Positions 27,001 to 38,895 of a stretch of 64,000 bases of DNA are shown piece after piece; position 1 is the first letter of the stretch; every line of letters begins with the position of its first letter. The DNA comes from Squalus acanthias. Taxonomy: Eukaryota. The DNA lies in the NCBI GenBank assembly GCA_030390025.1, contig CM059449.1, positions 2,294,001-2,358,000 on the forward strand, given 5' to 3'. The notes below the pieces were generated by a model that saw only the letters and a list, made by a program, of their open reading frames with translations, was not told the origin of the DNA and searched no databases. Made by a program: the position numbers and the translations under genes.

Positions 27001-27213
27001 CGCCTCACCCAGAGTGTGAAGCCCCGGAAGATCGGGGTGTACCTGGACTATGAGGGCGGACAGGTGTCATTTTACAATGCGGACAACATGTCCGAACTCT
27101 ACACTTTCACCCACACTTTCACTGAGAGAATCTTTCCCATCTTCTATCCGGGATCGAATGATGGCGGGAAAAACTCCGCCCCGCTGACAATCTGTGAGGT
27201 TAAAGGTCACTAA
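2986..27213 (+). CDS. Butyrophilin-like gene 1, complete 7-exon model join(2986-3043,3129-3476,7820-8104,8238-8387,24787-24813,25350-25376,26669-27213), 479 aa: SP-IgV-IgC-TM-coiled coil-B30.2
   Basis: All introns are GT-AG and phase 1. Exon lengths 58+348+285+150+27+27+545 = 1440 nt, open to TAA. The domain order is the canonical butyrophilin architecture. Confidence 0.88.
3129..3476 (+). CDS. BTN-like gene 1, IgV exon
   Basis: VTLNC...LEW...YHGRTELF...[20 protein letters not shown] is a B7/BTN V-set signature. In-frame tandem acceptors at 3129 and 3135; donor CCG|gtaggt. Confidence 0.95.
5251..7400 (-). mobile_element. Degenerate CR1 LINE in gene 1 intron 2
   Basis: Broken ORF2 fragments (5528-5932, 6768-6968, 7150-7383) and a CR1 3' tail. 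Confidence 0.85.
7820..8104 (+). CDS. BTN-like gene 1, IgC exon
   Basis: [10 protein letters not shown]...[16 protein letters not shown]...YSCLIRN is the BTN/B7 C-type domain; tttgtag acceptor, CAG|gtcagt donor. Confidence 0.95.
8238..8387 (+). CDS. BTN-like gene 1, transmembrane exon
   Basis: [50 protein letters not shown]; tttacag acceptor, AAG|gtaac donor; same 150-nt length in gene 2. Confidence 0.92.
8489..9232 (-). mobile_element. 5'-truncated CR1 LINE, gene 1-specific
   Basis: [13 protein letters not shown]...WNSLP ORF and (ttctatg) tail; absent at the paralogous site near 56292. Confidence 0.9.
9800..12245 (-). mobile_element. CR1 LINE with a nested younger CR1 at about 10594-11194
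   Basis: CR1 ORF2 fragments; the host sequence resumes after the nested copy. Confidence 0.88.
12905..14835 (-). mobile_element. CR1 LINE with a nested + strand CR1 (about 14072-14740)
   Basis: [12 protein letters not shown] motif on the minus strand; [12 protein letters not shown] and 3' tail on the plus strand. Confidence 0.85.
14850..18350 (+). mobile_element. Non-LTR retrotransposon (CR1/L2-related family) with a nested gene 1-specific CR1 at about 16411-17862
   Basis: RT peptides [22 protein letters not shown] and PQGSVLGP. The nested CR1 is flanked by ttgc and is absent near 59400. Confidence 0.85.
18800..19010 (+). mobile_element. PIF/Harbinger transposase (HARBI1-like) remnant
   Basis: [40 protein letters not shown] matches the C-terminal DDE region of Harbinger nucleases; frameshifted. 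Paralogous copy at about 60360-60560. Confidence 0.75.
19700..20545. mobile_element. CR1 fragments in both orientations, with a gene 1-specific SINE at about 20187-20400
   Basis: [10 protein letters not shown] fragment. The SINE is flanked by an aaagaa duplication and is absent near 61720. Confidence 0.7.
20740..21600 (+). mobile_element. CR1 LINE fragments
   Basis: A CR1 3' end and ORF 20972-21352 ([13 protein letters not shown]). Confidence 0.8.
21600..23315 (-). mobile_element. Non-LTR retrotransposon, APE endonuclease plus start of RT (same family as 14850-18350)
   Basis: [29 protein letters not shown] and KAMGPDNIP motifs. Confidence 0.85.
23900..24620 (-). mobile_element. L2-type LINE 3' portion containing about 2-3 copies of the 36-bp motif
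   Basis: (ttg)n tail on the minus strand and L2-like 3' region; [10 protein letters not shown] repeats in ORF 24063-24359. Confidence 0.65.
24787..24813 (+). CDS. BTN-like gene 1, coiled-coil micro-exon (DLQKQLEDS)
   Basis: 27 nt, phase 1-1, ctcttccag acceptor, CAG|gtaag donor, heptad-like peptide. BTN genes typically carry 21-27-nt heptad exons here. Confidence 0.8.
25350..25376 (+). CDS. BTN-like gene 1, micro-exon before B30.2 (ERERLWMFA)
   Basis: 27 nt, phase 1-1, gtttttcag acceptor, CAG|gtgag donor. Confidence 0.8.
26218..26575 (+). repeat. 72-bp minisatellite, about 5 copies, in the last intron of gene 1
   Basis: Unit gggtctgtgtgtgacctgcaggtacactgagccggtccgtaccgggattgcaccgggtgtgaatgtggagtt. 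Confidence 0.95.
26669..27213 (+). CDS. BTN-like gene 1, terminal B30.2 (PRY/SPRY) exon
   Basis: [11 protein letters not shown]...PDNPKRFD...[14 protein letters not shown]...[16 protein letters not shown] motifs; ttttattgcag acceptor; TAA at 27211-27213. Confidence 0.95.
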
Positions 27214-27289
27214 CAGTAATGGGTCTGTTTCCATCATTTTACCTCCAATTTCAGTTTCTCATTCCATTTCCTCCCGGGTGTTTCTGTGT

Positions 27290-27295
27290 AATAAA
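27290..27295 (+). terminator. Candidate polyadenylation signal of gene 1
   Basis: AATAAA about 77 nt after the stop codon. Confidence 0.55.
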
Positions 27296-27494
27296 CATTT
27301 CCAATTGTAACTCAGTTTGTAATCAGTGTTTGACTGGAACCCCAGCAGGGCCGGGGTCACTGAATAACCCTCCCACCCTCACCCTGCAACTTATCATCCC
27401 CGCCCAACCTGGACTGGAATAGAGTCTCTGCCCCTCCAGAGACCACAGCCTGGAATTCCTGTGGCGATATTACCCGATCAATCTGCGAGGTTAG

Positions 27495-27982
27495 CAGTCC
27501 CGATCCGGAGTGAAGTGTCTGTAACTCAGTCCCGATCCGGAGTAACGTGTCTGTATATCAGTCCTGATCCGGAGTGAAGTGTCTGTAACTCAGTCCCGAT
27601 CCGGAGTGAAGTGTCTGTAACTCGGTCCCGATCCAGAGTGAAGTGTCTGTAACTCAGTCCCGATCCGGAGTGAAGAGTCTGTAACTCAGTCCCGATCCGG
27701 AGTGAAGTGTCTGTAACTCAGTCCTGATCCGGAGTGAAGTGTCTGTAACTCAGTCCCGATCCGGAGTGAAGTGTCTGTAACTCAGTCCCGATCCGGAGTG
27801 AAGTGTCTGTAACTCAGTCCTGATCCGGAGTGAAGTGTCTGTAACTCAGTCCCGATCCGGAGTGAAGTGTCTGTAACTCGGTCCCGATCCGGAGTGAAGT
27901 GTCTGTAACTCGGTCCCGATCCGGAGTGAAGTGTCTGTAACTCAGTCCTGATCCGGAGGGAAGAGTCTGTAACTCAGTCCTG
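27495..27982 (+). repeat. 32-bp minisatellite, 15 copies plus a partial, downstream of gene 1
   Basis: Unit cagtcccgatccggagtgaagtgtctgtaact with exact 32-bp periodicity from 27495 to 27975. Confidence 0.97.
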
Positions 27983-28981
27983 TTGTACCAGCCCCGTGCT
28001 CTCTCCCATGATTATATTCTGGGCAGGGAATTGTTCGGAGGCAGTTTTGAGGGTCAGGTCACCAGGACTCGTGTTTCTGCTCGCAGTGTTTTATATTATT
28101 GCTGTAACAGCATTATTCCAGCACTGGGCTAATCTCCACTTTGGGAGCGACACATAGAGTGGCTAAGCCCAGGGATGTCAGCCCCGGTGTCCAGCTCCTC
28201 CGAGGGATTATTGCCGAATTTCCATCACTTGGTATTAAACAGTTAATGTTTGCAAAGGCTTCTTTCTGTAAAATATATTTTATAAATCTGCTAACGCTAC
28301 AAATGAACAACACGCTTATCGGTGTTTCCATGTCACTGGCTTTTTACAGAGTGAATAAACAGATCCGTGGAAACAATGAGGTTGATTTGAGTAGTGTTTT
28401 ATTCCAGAAATTTGAAGCATTTCCTTGCTCGTGGCCCCGTTGTAGCTTCCAAAAGCTCTTATAATAATGTGTCCGTGACTACACAAACCACTCTGGGTAC
28501 AGGTACATTGTGTATCAGTAAAACAGGTTTATTAAGCATTAAACATCCAGTACAAAGAAGTAATACTGAACAAGAAGATAGTCACAGTCTTGTTCGTTTG
28601 AGCCTCGGCGTTCCTTCCGAGCGACTGTGGCGCGGTCTCTTTATTCTCTTGCTGTGTTCTGTTAACTGAAGCTCCTTCAACTCTGATTCTTGGTGCGTGC
28701 TGCTTTCAGTGTTCAGTATCTTGTATCTTTATACCGTTTCTTTTCCTTTGCCTACGTGACAGCAATCAGCTATCTGACACCTGGTAAATGTCCCTCCTTT
28801 CCTTGTCAGTCACCTCATGACATTTTATGACCTTGTTGATTCCACTCGGTCTCCCTTTGCGCATATCAAAGTGCCTTTATCTTTAGATGTTCTCTTTTCA
28901 AAGACCATTTCCCAAGATGTTTGTCTAAACAGTCTGTCCACTTTATAGTGGTATCCCCTGATTGGAGGGGTCAATTCCTAC

Positions 28982-29925
28982 ATATGAATGTAGGAGGTAT
29001 GATTTGTAAGTTCGCAGGTGACACGAAAATTGATGGAGTGGTAAATAGCGAGGAGGGAAACCTCAGGCTACAGGACGATATAGACGGGTTGGTCAGATGG
29101 ACAGAACAGAGGCAAATGGAATTTAACCCTGAAAAGTGTGAGGTGATGCATTTTGGGAGTACAAACAAGGCAAAGGAATACACAATGAATGGTAGGACCC
29201 TAGGAAGGACAGAGGATCAGAGGGACCTTGGTGTGCATGTACATAGATCCCTGAAGGCAGCAGGACAGGTAGATAAGGTGGTTAAAAAGGCATATGGGAT
29301 ACTTGCCTTCATTAGCCGAGGCATAGAATATAAGAGCAGGGAGGTTATAATGGAGCTGTACAAAACGTGAGTTAGGCCACAGCTGGAATACTGTGTGCAG
29401 TTCTGGTCGCCACACTGTAGGAAGGATGTGATTGCATTGGAGAGGGTGCAGAGGAGATTCACCAGGATGTTACCTGGGCTGCTGCGCTTCAGCTATGAAG
29501 AGAGACTGGACAGGCTGGGGTTGTTTTCCTTAGAGCAGAGAAGGCTGAGGGGGGACCTGATTGAGGTGTACAAAATTATGAGGGGCATAGATAGGGTAGA
29601 TAGAAAGGAACTTTTCCCCTTAGTAGAGGGGTCACTAACCAGGGGGCATAGTTTCAAGGTAAGGGGCAGGAGGTTTAGAGGGGATCTGAGGAAAAACTTT
29701 TTCACCCAGAGGGTGGTTGGAATCTGGAACTCACTGCCTGAAAGGGTGGGAGAGGCAGGAACCCTCACAACATTCAAGAAGCATTTAGATGAGCACTTGA
29801 AACGCCATAGCATACAAGGCTACGGACCAGATGCTGGAAAATGGGATTAGAATAGACAGGGCTTGATGACCGGAGCGGACACGATGGGTCGAAGGGCCTC
29901 TTTCTGTGCTGTATAACTCTGACTC
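28982..29925 (+). mobile_element. 5'-truncated CR1 LINE (same subfamily as 46474-49845)
   Basis: Near-identical to 48900-49835. Confidence 0.9.
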
Positions 29926-30589
29926 TCTTCTCTAACTCTTATCTCTTTTCCATCACATTACCGAATACCATGTCCCTGACAGTCTCCATAAACTTAGCAC
30001 TACATTTCGTTACTTCAGTAATTGAAAACAGAGCCAGTTTCAGTCAGGTTGGCAAAATTTCCCATCCTGCTTTTCTCTCAGCCATTCGCCATTTTATACA
30101 GGCTCTTGGGTTTTTAACATACAATTTCACATATTATAGTTATACAAAAATGTTTACTAAATCATACAAATACACCCTATCCTACACCATTTACTCCACG
30201 TTTTACTGTTTTCAGACTCTTGGCGGCAATCCCGATCTCAGCAATTCTGTGAAGATTCAGGAACATCGGCCTAGAAATTGGTTATGGATAACATTTAATT
30301 AACCTGTACCATGTTCTGTGTAATTTCACACGGTACCGTTATATTTATTTAGCCCATTTCTGTTAAACAGATTAATGACTCGGCTCAAACACCTTGTGTT
30401 TCTCTGCTAATACCACCAACCAGCCAGAGTATTTCAATATAACCTGCATTATATTGGAAAGCAGAGTCTTAACATCACTGGGGAGAAAGATACAATACAC
30501 TTTTCAGTAGATGCTTTATTTTACACTTTAACTGCAAACTCTGATCAGATTTTTTGAGTTTTTTTGCATTGTTTGTACTGTGGGCGTCA

Positions 30590-30810
30590 GGGGTAAAGCT
30601 GACAATTATTGCCTGTTTCTAATTGCCATTGAGAAGGTGGTGGTGAGCCGCCGCCTTGAACCGCCACAGTCCGTGTGGTGAAGATACTCCCACAGTGCTG
30701 TTAGGGAGGGAGTTCCAGGATTTTGACCTATTGACGATGAAGGAACGGCCAATATATTTCCAAATCAGGATGGTGTGTGACTTGTAGAAGAATTTGGAGG
30801 TGGTGCTGTT
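30590..30810 (-). mobile_element. LINE 3' end fragment (family of 14850-18350)
   Basis: Reverse complement of the 18140-18340 region. Confidence 0.7.
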
Positions 30811-31829
30811 ATATAATAATGAAAAACAGCGTCCATTTTGAAGCTGGATCAGCAAGAAAATTCCTAATATAAAAACACAGAAATCCGAGTAGAAAAATGC
30901 TGATGGTGATTTTATCACGTGGTGATGAATGTTTGGCCCAGCACAATAGAAGTGTGAGTAACTGGATCAGAGTTGTGCCGATAATTTACTCCTGTCACCA
31001 TATGGAGCAAGATCAACATGAGAGGTGGGGTAGATTTACTCTGGGTGATGTTTCTTGAGAAATGGTGAATGTTCTCAGGACATTTACAATTCGGTTACAA
31101 ATACCGAGCCGAGGAAATTTTTTCCACAATTCTTCACTGCTTGCTGCACATTGTGCCTGGGAGATAATGTCCCCAATAGGGACTGTTCATAGAATCAGAC
31201 TTAATAAATGTTCATATCCAACCTCACCAAGGGCCCAATCATGAAACTTTCCCATCTCTCACGGTACATGGCACCTTCCCTGCCTGCCTTCCTCTTCACC
31301 TCAGCAAAGTCTAATGGGCAAGTTATACTGCAGGGTGAGAGGGCCTGTCAGACATGCGCTACACTGCAGGGATCTGCATCACCCTCGCTCAACAAATGCG
31401 GTTACATTTTCACACCAGAAGCGAGTGGAAACGACAGTCCACTCTGCAAACATTTAAAACTTCTTTTGTTAATCTTTTAAAGTTCTCAGGTAGTCTTAAC
31501 AAATCCTGTGATAACTTTTCAAACTTCACTTCACACTGGACTATCTTTGCCCACTGAGGGGGAGGCCAGCTCCTCATCGCACTTGTGCTTCACGTGACTT
31601 TGAACACGATTAATCATTCGCTGTTTGCTTCTATACCAGTGTTGGCCAATACATTAACCACTGGCCACATGCGGCTAATTGAGAATCCAAATGTAGCTAA
31701 TTGCATATATGATCAGTAAATAAAAATAGGTAATAGACACCGTCGTTGGGCATGTGATCTTAATACTCATTTGCATGGCGTATCCATGTGTACTTCAACC
31801 TTTGTGCAGTTGTTGCTAAAATGGTAAGA

Positions 31830-32080
31830 TGAAAAGTGGAGGAGAAGCATCCGGGAAGGCGCCAAACACCTCGAGTCTCTTCGCCGGGAGCAAGCGGAAG
31901 CTAAGCACAAGGAGCGCATGTCAACCCAAGCACCCCAGCCACCCGCCCCTTCAACCACCGTCTGCCCCACCTGTGACACAGACTGTAGGTCCCGCATTGG
32001 ACTCATCAGTCACCTTAGAACTCATTTTTAATATGAAAGCAAGTCATCCTCGGTTCCGAGGGACTGCCTAAGAAGAAGAT
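31830..32080 (+). mobile_element. RTE-clade LINE 3' fragment
   Basis: TTVCPTCD..CRSRIGL C2H2-like end and gactgcct(aag)n tail; same family as 44630-45243. Confidence 0.75.
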
Positions 32081-33139
32081 GAAAAGCAGAGTGTGCGAGT
32101 GTTTTCTTTCATTGACTGTTTTACCTCCTTTTGTTATTGAATGGTGGTAGGTGTTTGTTACTAAATATCCTTGTGATGTACATTTACCCGTATTGTGAGT
32201 GTATGTAGGGCATTTTCTACTAGAATTAGTCCATGTGGCTAAAGCGGTGTCACCATTGCCACACCTAGCGGCCAGACAGCAATTTCTATTGGACAACACT
32301 ATTCTATACAAAGCAGTACTAACGAATCATACAGTATAACTTTCCGTCTGTGGCTACTTCACCTGATCTCTGGAAAACAACAGCCTTCAAGCATAATGGT
32401 TCCTGAATTGGATCTAAACTTGAAGGGGAAGAAACTGCAGGGATATGGGAAAAGAGCGGGGAGTGGGACTAACTGGATTGCTCTTCAAAAGAGCTGGCGC
32501 AGACTCGATGGGCCGAGTGGCCTCCTTCCGTGCTGTACTATTCTATGATTCCACGATAGTTTCCTGGGTTACCCCTTTCCCCTTTCTTGTACTTACAAAC
32601 AAATCCTTTATAATCCACACTTTATCTTCACTGGTGGAATAATGTTTAACCCACTTTCAGAGCTGCCTTTCCTCTCCACACATCACTGTTTTGTAACACA
32701 AGTCCGTTTCTTTCAGAGGTGCTGTTCACACATTAGTCACGAAAGATAACTGGCAGTTTCTAAACATTAACATCACACTGGTTAGTGATCAAAAGATTAA
32801 TGAGTGGATTTCTTACCTGCAGAGTTTGTAATCCTTTTCCATTCTAGAAATGTAAAATCGAATGGTTATTTTCTAAACTATTATAAACACCACGGTCATT
32901 CGTATTAATTGCACAGTTTTGGGTCATCAGTTCATTAGAATGAGAAATCTGTAAACCATTACTCACTGATGCTGTGACCGTTAACTTAATTTCCTTTTTA
33001 ATTTTACATCTTGTATTTAGAGATCAAGGGCAGAATGTGTCACTTTTGACAAGAACTCAATCTTATTACTTTTTTTACTTAACTGTCATCAATGTGAACA
33101 GGATAAACTGCAGAGAAATAATGTTGCAACAGGAGTAGA

Positions 33140-33760
33140 AACATAGAAACATTGAAAAATAGGAGCAGGAGTAGGCCATTCGGCCCTTCGAGCCTGGTCT
33201 GCCATTCAATATGATCATGGCTGATCCTCTATCTCAATACCATATTCCCGCTCTCTCCCCATACCCCTTGATGCCATTTGTGTCTAGAAATCTATCTATC
33301 TCCTTCTTAAATATATTCAGTGACTTGGCCTCCACAGCCTTCTGTGGTAGAGAATTCCACAGGTTCACCACCCTCTGAGTGAAGAAATTTCTCCTCATCT
33401 CAGTCCTAAATGTCCTACCCTGTATCCTGAGATTGTGACCCCTCGTTCTAAACCCCCCAGCCAGGGGAAACATTCTCCCTGCATCCAGTCTGTCTAGCCC
33501 TGTCAGAATTTTATACGTTTCAATGAGATCCCCTCTCATTCTTCTGAACTCTAGTAAATACAGGCCTAGTTGACCCAATCTCTCCTCATAAGACAGTCCT
33601 GCCATCCCAGGAATCAGTCTGGTGAACCTTCGCTGCACTCGCTCTATGGCAAGTATATCCTTTCTTAGGTAAGGAGACCAAAACTGCACACAGTACTCCA
33701 GGTGTGGTCTCACCAAGGCCCTGCATAACTGTAGTAATACATCTTGCTCCTGTACTCAAA
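33140..33760 (-). mobile_element. 5'-truncated CR1 LINE
   Basis: ORF 33234-33716 and CR1 tail. Confidence 0.9.
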
Positions 33761-34829
33761 TCAGGAAACTCGGGGGTGGGGTGTCTGAAGCACAAGCACT
33801 CTTGGTAAAAGAGACGGTGAGGGACGGTAACAGGATGTAACTATGGTAGTAGCTAATTATATATAGAGAGATAATAGGGTGGAGACCATTAAAAATGAAC
33901 CAACAACAGAATATGTCTGGTAAATTGAAGTGTGTATAATGGGGTTGCACAGAATGAAAAGAAGTGTAAACACTTATCACAATCACTAGTCAATGATTAA
34001 TTAAATAACATGCCCAATACCTTGTTGAAATGTCCTTTCCCCAGCTGAAATGTAAAAATGTCCAACTATATAAAAATCTTACCTGATATTTTAATTTTTG
34101 TCTTCAGCCCTACAAAAAAGACACAATTTAGAATTACATGTCAAGTGAATAATATTTACTGGCAGTATTTGTTTACCAATGTGGTATATTCTTCTGTGTG
34201 GACACTGGAGTCTCTCCATTTCGAGGTCCCTCGATTAATATTATCTGATACAGTCAAAGATTGTGCAGTTCATGTATATTATGAGTGGTGTAATGTGTAT
34301 TTTCAGGCACGGACACTGGCCATATGCTTTATCAAGTGCTGGGTGATGTATTCAAAGAGAAAAGGACAATGCATTTTATCAGAGAATTTTCTTGGTTCTG
34401 TTACTTCATTTTTTTTTAATTGAGAAACCTGTGTGATGGATCAAAGCGCAATAGTGTGGGACACCAGGAAGGCAGAAACAGTAGAAGAATACCAGGAAAA
34501 ACTGCTTAAGGGACACCATGCTGGGATTTTCAATGCTGGGAGATTCTGGTAAAGAAAAGTATTACAGAAGTGAGGAGGTCCTGGGAAAGAATGAGATAAT
34601 GAGACCGTGCAATGAGTCTTGATTTACAAAGATGCAGGATGATAAGTATTGTGTAGGACAGCATGTGTTCATCTAAGGAAGAAATAAAGAAGCTCAGAGC
34701 AGCGCAGAACATAGAATTATTGATAGAGGCGAGAGACCGAGACCAACACTGTAAACTAGAGAAGAGACAGATTGAATATCAGACTTTTTTACTTGTACCT
34801 TTCCCTGGTGTAAGAAGATCCTCCATATA

Positions 34830-36875
34830 AAAACATAAGACATAGGAGCAGCAGTAGGTCATTTGGCCCCTCGAGCCTGCTCCGCCATTCAATAAGATCA
34901 TGGCTGACCCGATCTTGGCCTCAACTCCACTTCCCTGCCTGCTCCCCATAACCCTCGACTCCCTTATCGTTCAAAAATCTGTCCATTTCCACCTTCAATA
35001 TATTCAATGACCCAGCCTCCACAGCTCTCTGGGGAAGAGAATTCCAAAGATTCACGACCCTCAGAGAAGAAATTCCTCCTCATTTCCGATTTAAAAGGGT
35101 GCCCCCTTATTCTGAAATTATGCCCCCTAGTTCTAGATTCCCCCACGAGGGGAAACATCCTCTCTGCATCTACCCTGTCGAGACCCTTCAGAATCTTATA
35201 TGTTTCAATAAGATTCCCTCTCATTCTTCTAAACTCCAATGAGTATAGGCCCAACCTGCTCAACCTTTCTTCATAAGACAACCCCTTCATCTCCGGAATC
35301 AACCTCGTGAAACTTCTCAACTGCCTCCAATGCAAATATATCCTTCCTTATATAAGGAGACCAAAACTGTACGCAGTACTCCAGGTGTGGTCTCACCAAT
35401 GCCCTGTACAGTTGTAACAGGCCTTCCCTACTTTTATACTCCATTCCCTTTGCAATAAAGGTCAACACTCCATTTGCCTTCCTAATTACTTGCTGTACCT
35501 GCGTGCTAACTTATTGTGATTCATGTACATGGACCCCCCCCCATCCCACCCCAAACCCCACCTCCCCCCGCAAACCCCCCTTCCCCCCCTCCAAACCCCC
35601 CTCCCACCCTCCAAACCCCCCCCTCCAAACCCCCCCTCCCCTCCCTCCTTCCCCTCCCCCTCCCTCCTGCCTCACCCCTCCACCCCTCCTCCCCTCTCCC
35701 TCCCACCCCCCCACCGAAGTGGATAACCTCGCATTTTCCGACATTAAACTCCATCTGCCATATTTTTGCCCACTATCTATATCCCTTTGGAAATTCTTTG
35801 CGTCCTCCACATAATTTGCTTTCCCACCTATCTTTGTATCATCAGCAAATTTGGCTACATTGCACTCAGTCCCTTCATCCAAGTCATTAATATAGTTTGT
35901 AAATAGTTGAGGCCCCAGCACTGATCCCTGCGGCACCCCACTAGTTACAGTTTGCCAACCTGAAAATGACCCATTTATCCAGACTCTCTGTTTTCTGTTA
36001 GTTAGCCAATCCTCTATCCATGCTAATATATTACCCCCAACCCCGTGAGCTCTTATCTTGTGCAGTAACCTTTTATGTGGCACCTTATCGAATACCTTCT
36101 GGAAACCCAAATACACAACATCTACTGGTTCCCCTTTATCTACCCTACTCATTACATCCTCAAAGAACTCCCAGCAAATTTGTCAAAGATGATTTCCCTT
36201 TCATAAAACCATGCTGACTCTGCTTGACGATATTATGATTTTCTAAATGTCCTGCTATCAGTTCCTTAATGATGGACTCCAGCATTTTCCCAATGACAGA
36301 TGTTAGGCTAACTGGTCGATAGTTGCCTGCTTTCTGTCTCACTCCTTTCTTAAATAGGGGCGTTACATTTGTGGTTTTCCAGTCCGCTGGGACCTCTCCA
36401 GAATTCAGGGAATTTTGGTAGATTACAACCAATGCATCCACTATATCTGCAGCCACCTCTTTTAAGGCTCTAGGATGCAGGCCATCGGGTGCAGGGGATT
36501 TGTTCATCTTTAGTCCCATTAGCTTGCCGAGTACTTTCTCTCTAGTTTTAAGTCACCCCAATCGCCCCTTGATTATCCATTATTGGGATGCTTTTAGTGT
36601 CTTCTACCATGAAGACAAATACAAAATATTTGTTCAAGGTCTCCGCCATTTCCCTGTTTCCCATTATTAATTCCCCAGACTCATCCTCTAGGGGACCAAC
36701 ATTTACTTTAGCTACTCTCTTCCTTTTTATATACCTGCAGAAGCTCTTACTGTCTGTTTTTATATTTCTTGCTAGCTTACACTCATAAGCTATCCTCTCT
36801 ATCATTTTTTTAGTCGCCCTTTGCTGTTTTTTTTAAATTTCCCAATCCTCTGGCCTTTCACTATTCTTCGCAACA
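34830..36875 (-). mobile_element. CR1 LINE, interrupted by a C-rich low-quality tract and the gap
   Basis: ORF2 fragments with [19 protein letters not shown] and FADDTK. Confidence 0.88.
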
Positions 36876-36912
36876 TTCCTCCTCCCCTCCCCCCTCCTCC
36901 TCCCCTCCCCCC

Positions 36913-37412
36913 NNNNNNNNNNNNNNNNNNNNNNNNNNNNNNNNNNNNNNNNNNNNNNNNNNNNNNNNNNNNNNNNNNNNNNNNNNNNNNNNNNNNNNNN
37001 NNNNNNNNNNNNNNNNNNNNNNNNNNNNNNNNNNNNNNNNNNNNNNNNNNNNNNNNNNNNNNNNNNNNNNNNNNNNNNNNNNNNNNNNNNNNNNNNNNNN
37101 NNNNNNNNNNNNNNNNNNNNNNNNNNNNNNNNNNNNNNNNNNNNNNNNNNNNNNNNNNNNNNNNNNNNNNNNNNNNNNNNNNNNNNNNNNNNNNNNNNNN
37201 NNNNNNNNNNNNNNNNNNNNNNNNNNNNNNNNNNNNNNNNNNNNNNNNNNNNNNNNNNNNNNNNNNNNNNNNNNNNNNNNNNNNNNNNNNNNNNNNNNNN
37301 NNNNNNNNNNNNNNNNNNNNNNNNNNNNNNNNNNNNNNNNNNNNNNNNNNNNNNNNNNNNNNNNNNNNNNNNNNNNNNNNNNNNNNNNNNNNNNNNNNNN
37401 NNNNNNNNNNNN
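36913..37412. other. Assembly gap (500 N) with poly-C-rich flanks
   Basis: Run of N. Confidence 1.
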
Positions 37413-37954
37413 CCCTTCTTCCCCCCCCCCTCCCTTCTTCCCCCCCCCACCTCCTCCTTCCATGCAAATAACAGGTTGGCTGCCAAGGACTGAAATGTAA
37501 ATTTTATAATAAGAAAATTTCATACAACAAATGGTAATGATCTCAGGATGCATTTATCCTGCAACTTCTGCTGAAACTAAAACACTATTTTGTAGATGAG
37601 TATGCGACACATTATCATTTTTTTAGGGGGGGAACAGAGGGGAGATGAGGGGAGAATAAATTTTGCACCAGTTAAAAGGAAGGATGTCAACATTAGTTAC
37701 AGGAACATGTTTTCAAATTTTGTCAAATATAGGATCATCTGTGGAGGAAGGTTCGCAGCCTCGGACAGCACCATTTCCCACACCAGCCTTCGTTTACCCT
37801 AATTATTGGCAAATTCAGAGGACATTTCTGCTGTGAGTCCATACACACTACATAGAACTCTTACAGCGAGCTGACAAAGAGAAGCAGAGAGCTTCATTCA
37901 TCAGTCTGGATTTCAACCTGGAGATTAGAGGGAATAAAAGAAGAGACTTGTATA

Positions 37955-38895
37955 CAATACAAAAGCAAAATACTGTGGATGTTGGAAATCTGAAATAAAA
38001 ACAGAAAATGCCGGAAACACTCAGCAGGTCAGGCAGCATCTGTAGAGAGAGAAACAGCGTTAACGTTTCAGGTCAATGACCTTTCATTAGAACTGGAAAA
38101 TGTTGGAGATGTAACAGATTTTTAAGCAAGTGTAGGGGCAGGGAAAAGGGGGAGGGGAGGAAAGAACAAAAGGGAAGGTCTGTGATAGGATGGAAGGCTG
38201 GAGAGATTAAAAGGCAAAAGGGATGATGGTGCAAGGCAAAAGGAGATGGTAATGGGACAATTTAAGAAATAAAAGATGATTCTAGATGAAGTGTAAATGG
38301 CAATGGCAGAATCATCGACAGCTGCCATGTGGGAGAGAAAAAAAATTGGGGCCGAGGTTATGGTCTGAAACTGTTGAACTCGATGTTGAGTCCAGAAGGC
38401 TGTAAAGTGCCTAATCGAAAGATGAGGTGCTGTTCCTCAAGCTTACGTTGAGCTTTGTTGGAACAATGCAAGAAGTCGAGGACGGAGAGGTCAGAGTTGG
38501 AGTGGAGCGGAGAATTAAAGTGACAGGCGATCGGAAGCTCGGGGTCACCCTTACGGACTGAATGGAGCTGTTCCGCAAAGCGGTCACCCAATCTGTGTTT
38601 GGTCTCCCCAATGTAGAGGAGACTGCATCGTGAGCAGCGAATACAGTATACCAAATTGCAGGAAGTACAATTAAATTGCTGTTTCACCTGGAAGTAGTGT
38701 TTGGGGCCCTGGACAGTGGGAAGGTTGGAGGTAAAAGGGCAGGTGCTGCATCTCCTGCACTTGAACGGGAAGGTGCCGTGGGGAGGGGAGGGGGTGTTGG
38801 AGGAGTGGACCAGGGTGTCGCGGAGGGAGCAGTCCCTTTGGAATGCTGAAAGGGGCGGTGAGGGAAAGATGTGTTTGGTGGTGGGATCACGGACT
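37955..38895 (-). mobile_element. Penelope-like element 3' part: GIY-YIG endonuclease plus pseudo-LTR with a degenerate hammerhead (38058-38094)
   Basis: CRRCSTC..NLVYCIRCSRCSLLYIGET..RFAE..HF..LGTLQPSGLN; hammerhead core reads CTAATGA instead of CTGATGA. Confidence 0.9.

Noticed and set aside
27495-27982. CRISPR-like array of 32-bp repeats
   Set aside because: The units are head-to-tail with no spacers, there are no cas genes, and the context is vertebrate.
28465-29960. Possible solo LTR (minus-strand TATA and AATAAA-like motifs) split by a CR1
   Set aside because: No convincing TG..CA termini with a matching target-site duplication could be established.
35530-35715. Pro/Gly-rich ORFs and a G-quadruplex-like poly-C tract (also 36880-37460)
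   Set aside because: The tract replaces the expected CR1 sequence in register and recurs at the gap edges; most likely a base-calling or assembly artefact.
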